A stretch of DNA of 64,000 nucleotides, from NCBI GenBank assembly GCA_034670305.1, contig JAXMNT010000002.1, forward strand, positions 96,001 to 160,000, read 5' to 3'. A program made the translations under genes and the position numbers. Below the pieces are notes generated by a model. The model ran no database searches, was not told the origin of the DNA, and was given only the letters and a program-made list of their open reading frames with translations. The stretch comes from Deltaproteobacteria bacterium. GTDB lineage: Bacteria > Myxococcota_A > Polyangia > Polyangiales > Houyiibacteriaceae. This document shows, piece after piece, positions 30,402-38,633 of the stretch. Positions within the stretch are counted from its first letter, which is position 1; the number at the start of each line of letters is the position of its first letter.

Positions 30402-32165
30402 ATGAAGTGGCGTGACCCTACATATACGGCGACCCAGGAGCCGACCACGCCCACGGCGCCCGAACGGCCGACCCCGGAGGACGCGCCCGCCTACCTCGTG
30501 CGGGACTCGGACGCGGCCCTGGCCCAATCGCTGGTGGACTCCTGCGGCATCGGGCCCGTCACGGCCGAGGTGCTGGCCTTGCGCGGATTGACCCCCGAAG
30601 ACGCCCCATCCTTCCTGGACCCGAAACTCAGCGCCTTGCGGGACCCGAGCCAGATGGTCGATCGCGACGCCGCCGCCGAGCGGCTTGCGAAGGCCATTCG
30701 GGCGCGGGAGACGATCGCGATCTTCGGCGACTACGACGTCGACGGTACGACCAGCGCGGCGATCCTCGCGGATGTCGTCGAGCGGCTCGGGGGGGTCGTG
30801 CAGGCATTCGTCGCCAACCGGTTCGAAGGCGGATACGGATTCTCGGACGCTGCCCTCGACCGGGTGCTCGGCTGTCGCCCCTCGCTCATCGTGACCTGCG
30901 ACTGCGGATCGTCAGACCACGACCGCATGGTGCGCGCGAAAGAGCTCGGCATCGACGTCGTGGTGGTCGACCACCACCTCGTCCCGGACAAACCCCTCCC
31001 GGTCGTCGCGTTCCTCAACCCGCATCGGCCGGACTGCGGTTTCGGGTTCACCGGCATGTGCAGCGCCGGCCTCGTGTTCTCTCTGGCGGCCGCGCTTCGC
31101 GCGAAGCTCGGCGCCAAACTCGACATCCGGCCCTGGTTGGATCTCGTCGCACTGGGCACCGTCGCCGACGTCGCACCGCTCGAGGACGACAACCGCGTGC
31201 TCACCCGCGCCGGGCTGAAGTTGCTCGGAGCACCCAAAGCGCGGCCTGGCATCGTGGCGCTGCGGGAAGTGGTCCGCCTCAAGCCCACCGGTCCTCTGGG
31301 TGCCTGGGAGATCGCGTTTCGTTTGGCGCCCAGACTCAACGCCGCGGGCCGGCTCGGGGATCCCACCATCACCCTGGAGCTGTTGCGCGCCACCGATCTG
31401 ACCGTCGCGCGCAAACTCGCGCGGCAGATCGAAGAGATCAACGAAGAGCGCAAGGCGGTGGAGCGGCGCTGCACCGAAGAAGCGATCGCGATGGTGGAAG
31501 CCCGCTACGGCCAACCGAAGAGCGGCATCGTCGTCGCCTCCGAGGGGTGGCATCGCGGCGTCGTGGGCATCACCGCGGCCCGCCTGGTCGACCGCTTCGA
31601 CGTGCCGGCGATCGTCATCGCCGTCGACGAGGGCGTCGGTCACGGCAGCGCACGGACCCCAGAAGGTGTCCACGTGCACGCCGCGATCAGTGCCTGCGCG
31701 ACCGAGGACCCCGATCTGATCGACCGGTTCGGCGGCCACGCGGCAGCCGCTGGCGTCACGTTGCGACATGAGAACGTGGAGCGCTTCGCAATGCTCTTCG
31801 CGAAACACGCGCCGCGTCCCGAAGCGGGGGTCGCACCGCCCATGGTCGACATCGAGATCCTCCCGAGCATGCCCCTTCCGCATCCGAGCGAACTCATGCG
31901 GCTCGAGCCGCTCGGCGAAGGCAACCGCGCCCCCCTCTTCGCGATCCGAGACCTCGCGGTCGAAGACGCTCGGGTGGTCGGCGAAGAACATCTCAAACTC
32001 CGCCTTCGCCACGGCGGCCGGACGGTGCTGAGCGCGTTCGGCCGTTCGATGGCCCACCGAGTCGACGACGTCGCCGCCTCGGTCACCGCCATCGGCTACC
32101 TGCGCCCCGACACCTGGCGCGGTGGAGACGCACTCGAACTGAGCCTCGAAGTCCTCCTCTCGTAG
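30402..32165 (+). CDS. recJ: Single-stranded DNA exonuclease RecJ
   Basis: GDYDVDG, TCDCG, VDHH, LGTVADV, PRLNAAGRL, GSAR, GGHAAAAG. Confidence 0.97.
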   Translation: MKWRDPTYTATQEPTTPTAPERPTPEDAPAYLVRDSDAALAQSLVDSCGIGPVTAEVLALRGLTPEDAPSFLDPKLSALRDPSQMVDRDAAAERLAKAIRARETIAIFGDYDVDGTTSAAILADVVERLGGVVQAFVANRFEGGYGFSDAALDRVLGCRPSLIVTCDCGSSDHDRMVRAKELGIDVVVVDHHLVPDKPLPVVAFLNPHRPDCGFGFTGMCSAGLVFSLAAALRAKLGAKLDIRPWLDLVALGTVADVAPLEDDNRVLTRAGLKLLGAPKARPGIVALREVVRLKPTGPLGAWEIAFRLAPRLNAAGRLGDPTITLELLRATDLTVARKLARQIEEINEERKAVERRCTEEAIAMVEARYGQPKSGIVVASEGWHRGVVGITAARLVDRFDVPAIVIAVDEGVGHGSARTPEGVHVHAAISACATEDPDLIDRFGGHAAAAGVTLRHENVERFAMLFAKHAPRPEAGVAPPMVDIEILPSMPLPHPSELMRLEPLGEGNRAPLFAIRDLAVEDARVVGEEHLKLRLRHGGRTVLSAFGRSMAHRVDDVAASVTAIGYLRPDTWRGGDALELSLEVLLS

Positions 32166-32371
32166 CCTCGGCCTCGGCCTCGGAGTGGGCTCGCGGCTTC
32201 GGCTTCGGCGTCGGCTTCGGCGTCGGCTTCGGCTTCGGCGTCGGCGTCGGCTTCGGCGTCGGCGTCGGCTTCGGCGTCGGCATCGGCTTCGGCGTTTCGG
32301 CGTCGGCCTCGGCCTCGGCTTCGGCATCGGCATCGGCATCGGCTTCGGCATCGGCGTCGGCTTCGGCTTCG
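32166..32371 (+). repeat. Intergenic (TCGGCN)n hexamer array
   Basis: About 30 units of TCGGCT/TCGGCG/TCGGCA/TCGGCC starting immediately after the recJ stop. Confidence 0.95.
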
Positions 32372-32473
32372 CCCTTCGGCGCACGCCCTTCGGCGCTCGC
32401 CCCCGGCGTGCGATCCCGATCGCGCCGCCGCGCTCCCTGTACTACGCTCCTCCTCGTGCTGGCCCATCATCGC

Positions 32474-33211
32474 GTGCGCTCGTCCCTTCGAGACGCCGTG
32501 GCCCTCGGATGGATGGTCTCGGTTCTCGCGTTCGCCTCCGCCGCCCTCGCCCAAGACGTGGGCGAAGAAGCCGACGTCGAAGTCGAGGTCGCTGAGAACG
32601 AATCGGACGAGGATGCGCGCGCCCTCTTCGCGCGTGCCCGCGTCGCCTACGCCGAGGCGCGCTACGAGGCCGCCCTCCCCTTGTTCGTGGCGTCGTTCGA
32701 ATTGAGCGGCCGAACCGAGCTCCTCTACAACATCGGGCTCACCCTCGAACGGCTGCGCCGAGACGACGAGGTCTTCGAGCCCTTCGAAGCGTACTTGGCC
32801 AGCAACCCGCCCGCGGAACGGCGCGCTGAAGTCGAACGCCGGATCGAAGCGGCACGGGCCCGCATCGAGGCGCGGCGAGTCGAAAGCAGCACGCCCACGT
32901 CGTCCCCTTCGGTCGCGCCCTGGGTGCTCGCCGGCATCGGCGGCGCGGTGGCCGTGGCTGGCGTGGTGTTGTGGGCGCTTGGCGCCCGGCGGGTCGCAGA
33001 CGTCGAAGCCTCGGAACCGGGCACCCGCGAGTGGATCGACGTGCGCGACGACGCCGAGTCCGGGCGCACGCTCTCGATTGTAGGTACCAGTCTTTTGGGT
33101 GTGGGGGTCGGGATTGGCGCCGTGGGGGTCGGCTGGGGGCTGGCCGCGGGCGGCTCGGACGACGACTCCATGCAAGCAGAAGCGGTGGTGACTTGGAGCG
33201 GCACGTTTTGA
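32474..33211 (+). CDS. Exported TPR protein with hydrophobic C-terminal region
   Basis: ARALFARARVAYAEARYEAALPLF, LLYNIGLTLERL, ends VVTWSGTF. Start inferred. Confidence 0.8.
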   Translation: MRSSLRDAVALGWMVSVLAFASAALAQDVGEEADVEVEVAENESDEDARALFARARVAYAEARYEAALPLFVASFELSGRTELLYNIGLTLERLRRDDEVFEPFEAYLASNPPAERRAEVERRIEAARARIEARRVESSTPTSSPSVAPWVLAGIGGAVAVAGVVLWALGARRVADVEASEPGTREWIDVRDDAESGRTLSIVGTSLLGVGVGIGAVGVGWGLAAGGSDDDSMQAEAVVTWSGTF

Positions 33212-34671
33212 AGCTTGGTCGATGGTTGGGTGCGGGGCTCTGGCTGGTGGTTGCCGGGTGCGACGTGGCGCCGGACGACATGCAGTTCCTCTGCTCCGAC
33301 GGCATCACCTGCCCGGACGGACAAACGTGCGTCGTCGGTGTCTGCCGAGACGTGCTCGTGGACGCCGCCATCGACGTGGTCGAGATCGACGGATCGATGG
33401 ACGCGGGCGGTTCTGAGGACGGCGGTGTGGAAGACGCCGCCGTCGACGCGCCCACCGACGCGCCGCTCCCCACCGACGAAGTCTGTGCCCCGGATCCGAC
33501 CGGCCACGGCGTCGACGAGGACCTCGATGGCCTCATCGACGAGGGCTGTGTCTACCGCTTCGGCACGCCCCACCCAGTCACCGACATTCACGGACCGAAC
33601 CTCCACTTCAGCCCCGAGTTGACCGACGATGGGCTTCTGTACTTCGTGCGCGCTGGGAGCGAAGGGAACGGGATCTGGCGGTCGGAGCGTCTCTCGGACT
33701 TCGAGAAGTTCCGCGCTCCTTCCCTCGAGTTCGGGTTCGGCGGTGGACTCATCGATTCGATGTCGGTCACCGGGGACGGTTCCGAGTTCGTCGTCCAGAT
33801 CGGGGGGCAACTTCGGCAGGTCGTCGAGGGCACGATCGAACCCGGATTGGCGCTGGGCGTCGAGGCGGCGTACCACCCCAGCCTCAGCCGCGACGGAACC
33901 GAACTCTACTTCGCGGGCGAGGTCGGAGCGGACCGCAGGATCTACCGCTCCCAGCGGATCACGGATGGCTCCTTCGGCCCGGGCGTCCGAGTGTTTCCCG
34001 AATCGACCGAGAGGGAAGAGTTCCCGAGTCTCTCAAGGGATGGGTCCACGCTTTGGTACACCAGTGCCGCCGGCATGCGCATCGCGGTCCGGGCCGAAGG
34101 CGAGATGTTCACGACCTCCCTTCCATTCGAGGGCCTGCCCGTCGCAGCCGCGCAGCCGTTCTACCACCCGCCGACCCGCGAGATGTTCTACGTCCAGCGC
34201 GGGGCCGTGGAGTGGTCGCCCACCGACCACTCCATCTGGCGGGTCCAGGTGTGCCGAACCCGCACCGGTGCGTGTGAGGTCGATCCGATCCCCTGCGAGA
34301 GCGGCAACCGCTCGGACAACGGAAACCACTGCTACGAATCCACCGCGGACCCGACGTCGTTCTCGGCGGCGGCCGCTCGCTGTCTCTCGGAAGGCGGACA
34401 CCTGGTGACCATCCACTCCGCGGAAGAGGAGAACATCGTCAACCGGACGGCCACGCTCCCGACCTGGATCGGCGGAAGCAGAGGCCCCGGTGGCAACGAG
34501 TGGGTGACCATGGAGCCCTTCCTGTTCTCTCGGATCGACCGCGCCCCGCCCGACGGATGCCTCGCTCTGAATGCCATTGGTGGCTGGGCTCCGCTCGACT
34601 GTGAGGGCACCCGCATCGCGTCGGTCTGCGAATGGGACCGCTGGCCCGTGTGGGTCGACGACGCTCCGTAG
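33208..34671 (+). CDS. Lipoprotein with PD40/TolB-like repeats and a C-terminal C-type lectin domain
   Basis: Lipobox VVAGC. PSLSRDGTELYF and PSLSRDGSTLWY repeats. CTLD motifs HCY, CLSEGGHLVTIHSAEE, WIG, W..LDC, VCE. TTGA overlap with the TPR gene. Confidence 0.85.
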   Translation: MKLGRWLGAGLWLVVAGCDVAPDDMQFLCSDGITCPDGQTCVVGVCRDVLVDAAIDVVEIDGSMDAGGSEDGGVEDAAVDAPTDAPLPTDEVCAPDPTGHGVDEDLDGLIDEGCVYRFGTPHPVTDIHGPNLHFSPELTDDGLLYFVRAGSEGNGIWRSERLSDFEKFRAPSLEFGFGGGLIDSMSVTGDGSEFVVQIGGQLRQVVEGTIEPGLALGVEAAYHPSLSRDGTELYFAGEVGADRRIYRSQRITDGSFGPGVRVFPESTEREEFPSLSRDGSTLWYTSAAGMRIAVRAEGEMFTTSLPFEGLPVAAAQPFYHPPTREMFYVQRGAVEWSPTDHSIWRVQVCRTRTGACEVDPIPCESGNRSDNGNHCYESTADPTSFSAAAARCLSEGGHLVTIHSAEEENIVNRTATLPTWIGGSRGPGGNEWVTMEPFLFSRIDRAPPDGCLALNAIGGWAPLDCEGTRIASVCEWDRWPVWVDDAP

Positions 34672-34694
34672 ACACCTAGGCTGATTGACCTGAA

Positions 34695-34910
<216 letters not shown>

Positions 34911-34989
34911 TCGAGCTGCCCCCCAAACGAGAAACGCGCCCAGCTCAGGGTGTGAGCGGGGCGCGTTGGTTCGCGAAAACGTGCGGTCT

Positions 34990-36174
34990 TCAGGTGGCGG
35001 CGGGCTTCGACTTTCGTCGGGCGCGGCCCTTGTTCTCCTTTTGGAAGAACTTGCGGTCCATCCATTCCGTCACGGGGGCCGCGACGTAGATGGAGGAGTA
35101 GGTGCCGATGAGGATGCCGCAGAACAGGGCGAAGCAGATGTCCTGGATGACCGGGGTGCCCCAGATGAAGAACATCACGACCGAGAGCAGCGTCGTGGTC
35201 GACGTCACGATGGTGCGCGAGAGCATCTGGCTCGTGCTGAGGTTGATGAGGTCCTTCAGCGGCTTGTCGCGGTACCGACCCATGTTTTCTCGGATGCGGT
35301 CGTAGACGACAATCGTGTCGTTGATGGAGTACCCGAGGATTGTTAACAAGGCCGCCACCGTCGTGAGGTTGACCTCCTTCTGGACGGCTACGTAGATGCC
35401 CAGGGTGATGACGGCGTCGTGGAACATCGCGAGCACGCCGCCCGGCGCGAAGCGCAGGTCGAAGCGGAAGGCGACGTAGACCATGATGAACGCGATGGCG
35501 TAGAAGAGGGACTTGAGGGCCGCGTCGCGAAGCTGCTCGCCCGCTTTCGGTCCGACCCATTCGACCCGGCGCTGCTCGGGCGCGCGCTCGCCGAGCCGTT
35601 CGCCGAGTGCCGCGACAATCTCATCGGCGATGCCCTTGAGCACGACCTCGAGCCGCACGTCGTCGCTGCCGACGAGGGGTTCAATGCCGTTGCCGCCATC
35701 GCCGGAACGGATGCGAACGCCTGCCCCTTCGATCGCGGCGGCCAGGCCGCCGTGGTCGACGTCCGAGCTCAGACGAAGGCTGATCTTGTCGCCGCCCGGC
35801 GAGAGTCGGAACTCGCGCAGGTTGCTGTCGCCGACGAACTCACGAACCGCGTTCTCGAGCTCGGTGGCCTGCGACTCGGAGAGCGCGGACACTTCTCCGA
35901 CCCGGACCATGTATTCGTCGCTCGCGTCGTCGACGCGCACGACGTCGGCGCCGGAGTAGCCCATCTCTTCGAGGTGGCCGCGAAGTTCGGCCGCCCCGAT
36001 CTCACCCTGGAAAGCGAGCTGGATCTCGGTGCCGCCGGCGAAGTCGATGCCGTAGTTCGGGCCGGGGTAGAAGATCGAGATGATCGACGCAATGACGAGA
36101 ACGAGCGACGTGCCCACCACCGGTCCGCGGTGGCGCATGAAGTCGATGTACGTGCCGGGTTTGACGAATTCCAT
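34990..36174 (-). CDS. secF: Protein translocase subunit SecF
   Basis: GIDFAGG, VGPKAG, GYSINDTIVVYDRIREN, GTYSSIYVA. Confidence 0.97.
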   Translation of the reverse strand: MEFVKPGTYIDFMRHRGPVVGTSLVLVIASIISIFYPGPNYGIDFAGGTEIQLAFQGEIGAAELRGHLEEMGYSGADVVRVDDASDEYMVRVGEVSALSESQATELENAVREFVGDSNLREFRLSPGGDKISLRLSSDVDHGGLAAAIEGAGVRIRSGDGGNGIEPLVGSDDVRLEVVLKGIADEIVAALGERLGERAPEQRRVEWVGPKAGEQLRDAALKSLFYAIAFIMVYVAFRFDLRFAPGGVLAMFHDAVITLGIYVAVQKEVNLTTVAALLTILGYSINDTIVVYDRIRENMGRYRDKPLKDLINLSTSQMLSRTIVTSTTTLLSVVMFFIWGTPVIQDICFALFCGILIGTYSSIYVAAPVTEWMDRKFFQKENKGRARRKSKPAAT

Positions 36175-36176
36175 GT

Positions 36177-38045
36177 TCAGCCCACCCGCAGGCGCTTCAC
36201 GCGCAAGCCACGGACAATCCAATCAAGCATCACCTTCGAACAGAAGATGCCGGTGAAGAGCGAGGTCACGATGCCGATCATCAGCATGACCGCGAATCCC
36301 TTGATGGGACCGCTGCCGTACTGGAAGAGCACGATGCCCGCGATGAAGGTCGTGATCTGGCTGTCGACGACCGACCAGAACGCGCGCTTGAACCCTTGGT
36401 CCACTGCGCTTCGCGGTGACTTACCGTCGCGTAACTCCTCCCGTATGCGTTCTGTGATGAGCACATTCGCATCCACCGCCATGCCCACTGTGAGTGCGAT
36501 CGCCGCTACCCCCGGGAGCGTCAGCGTGGCCTCGAGGGCCGCCATGATGGCGAGGAGGAAGAGGAGGTTCAGGACCACCATGATGTCGGCGACGATGCCG
36601 GCGACTTGGTAGTAGAGGGCCATGAAGATGAGCACGATCACGATGCCGATGAGCGCGCCTTGGGCACCCTTCGCCACGGAGTCGCGACCAAGCGTCGGTC
36701 CGATGCGCTGCTGGTTCGCCGGGCGCAGCGGCGCGGGCAGTGCGCCGGCGCGAAGCACGACGACCAGGTCGTTCGCCTCGTCGAAGAGCGACTGGTAGTC
36801 GCCGCTGCCGAGCGAGATCTGCGCGCGGCCGCCACCGATGCGGGCCTGGATGACCGGCGCCGAGTTGGCGACTTCGTCGAGCACGATGGCCATGCGTCGT
36901 TTGACGTTGCGGCCGGTCATGTCCTCGAACTTGGTCGCGCCCGCGGAGTTGAACTGAATCGAGACGACCGGGCGGTTGCCCTCGCTCGGGTCGAAGCTGA
37001 CGAAGGCGTCTTCGACGTCTTCACCAGTCACGTTGGTGGTGCGCCACACGTAGTAGGTACGCCACGCTTCTTCTTCGGCGCCGAGGTCGTCGAGGTCCGC
37101 GCGCTCCACCTTGGCGAGCACCAGCTGGTGGTCGTCCGGGATCGTGAGGGTCTCGATGAAGTCGCTCAGCTGCTTGCGGACGCTGACGCAGGTGGTGTCG
37201 CCGGCCTCTTCGCAGACCGGGCCGCGGGCCATCAGGTACGTGGAGCTGACGCTCGGGCGGGTCTCGCCGGCCGGCGCCGACTCCACGAGCACCGAGATGC
37301 CGTCGGGTGCGGTCTCGCGCGCCGAGGAGAGGATGCTGGTGCCCTCTTCGTCGAGGACCTTGAACTCGAGGCGCGCCGTCTTGGCGATGATGTCGATGAT
37401 CGCGTTGAAGTCTTCTTCGGTCGCGCCGGGGACTTCCACGATGAGATCCGAGTCGCGCCCGATGACGGTGGCTTCCCGGATGCCGAGGGTGTCGACCCGG
37501 TTGGCGACCGTGAGCTGCGCCTGTTCGACCGCGGTCGTGGTCAACTCGTCGATGCGGTCTTCGCGCATCGAGAGATCGATGCGGTTGCCGTCGTCGCCGG
37601 TCATCCGGAGGTCGGTGAAGTTCTCCTCCAACCACTCGGTGTCGAAACGCTCGCGATCGGCGTCGTTCTCGAACACCACGCGGATGTTGCGGGCGCCGAC
37701 GCGCTGGACCGTGACGCGCTCCTGGACTTCCTGGAGCTGCTCGCGGCTCGCGTTGTCCTTCTCGTCGTCTTCGAAGACATCGAGAAGCACCCCGAGCTCG
37801 CGCACCATCTGTTCCGAGTAACGGTCACGCCGGTCGCGGATGTACTCGTCGACCTCGACTTCGTACATGAGCCGCAGCCCACCCCGAATGTCGAGGCCAG
37901 GGCTGATTCGGCCCGGGAAGTACTCTTTGACGATGTCGGGCGCCGAAAGCATGTCGGCCTGATCGAGGCTCGGCCAGAGCGACAACCAGGCGGAGATGGC
38001 CGCGCCGAGCACGACCAGGAAACGTAGATACCAGGAGCGTTCCAT
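36177..38045 (-). CDS. secD: Protein translocase subunit SecD
   Basis: GLDIRGG, MAIVLD, LRAGALPAP, IGPTLG, GMAVDANVLITERIREE. Confidence 0.97.
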   Translation of the reverse strand: MERSWYLRFLVVLGAAISAWLSLWPSLDQADMLSAPDIVKEYFPGRISPGLDIRGGLRLMYEVEVDEYIRDRRDRYSEQMVRELGVLLDVFEDDEKDNASREQLQEVQERVTVQRVGARNIRVVFENDADRERFDTEWLEENFTDLRMTGDDGNRIDLSMREDRIDELTTTAVEQAQLTVANRVDTLGIREATVIGRDSDLIVEVPGATEEDFNAIIDIIAKTARLEFKVLDEEGTSILSSARETAPDGISVLVESAPAGETRPSVSSTYLMARGPVCEEAGDTTCVSVRKQLSDFIETLTIPDDHQLVLAKVERADLDDLGAEEEAWRTYYVWRTTNVTGEDVEDAFVSFDPSEGNRPVVSIQFNSAGATKFEDMTGRNVKRRMAIVLDEVANSAPVIQARIGGGRAQISLGSGDYQSLFDEANDLVVVLRAGALPAPLRPANQQRIGPTLGRDSVAKGAQGALIGIVIVLIFMALYYQVAGIVADIMVVLNLLFLLAIMAALEATLTLPGVAAIALTVGMAVDANVLITERIREELRDGKSPRSAVDQGFKRAFWSVVDSQITTFIAGIVLFQYGSGPIKGFAVMLMIGIVTSLFTGIFCSKVMLDWIVRGLRVKRLRVG

Positions 38046-38048
38046 GTC

Positions 38049-38429
38049 TTACTTTTCCTCCGACACCGGCGTGCCCTCGGGGCCCGCGATGTGGGAGCGG
38101 AGAACATCAATCTTCGTCTTGTCCGCAATCTTCAGGCGCACGGCAGCGTCGTCCAGGTCGACGATCTCACCGCGAATGCCGCCCGTGGTGCGCACGATCA
38201 ATCCCTTGCGCAACGACTTCAACATCGACTCCGTCTCGCGCGCACGCTTCTGCTGCGGGCGGATGATGAAGAAGTAGAAGACCAGGAACATCACCGCGAG
38301 CAAGCCGAGGTTCATGCCCCCCGCTGCGCAGTTCGGTGGACCCCCACCCGATGCTCCCGTGGCGGCGGCGCCCCCACCCGCGGAAGGGGCGGGCTGCCAG
38401 GTCATCAGCTCGAGAAAAAAGAGGAGCAA
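38049..38429 (-). CDS. yajC: Preprotein translocase subunit YajC
   Basis: FYFFIIRPQQKRA..L.KG..V.TTGGIRG, directly upstream of secD. Start uncertain. Confidence 0.93.
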   Translation of the reverse strand: MLLFFLELMTWQPAPSAGGGAAATGASGGGPPNCAAGGMNLGLLAVMFLVFYFFIIRPQQKRARETESMLKSLRKGLIVRTTGGIRGEIVDLDDAAVRLKIADKTKIDVLRSHIAGPEGTPVSEEK

Positions 38430-38633
38430 CGTAGTTCAACCGTGAACGCGGCCCGGGCTTCCGGTTCCGCAGTAAAATTGGGGAATTGGCGAGAAGTCTC
38501 GCGAAAGACGGCGAGGCTTACTCCATGCCCTACCCCCCGTCAACCGAGTGGGGAGCGGGTTCGGGCGTCGAAAAGCGCAACGATCACACGGGCTGAGAAC
38601 CAGGGTCCGACCGTGGAATTGCCGGTTGCCCCG

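Noticed and set aside
33208-34671. C-type lectin gene as a DGR target
   Set aside because: No template repeat or reverse transcriptase in the window. Cannot be excluded in trans, but there is no evidence here.
36396-36509. A-rich secD patch as a DGR template/variable region
   Set aside because: No second copy and no reverse transcriptase in the window. The changes are synonymous in a core gene.
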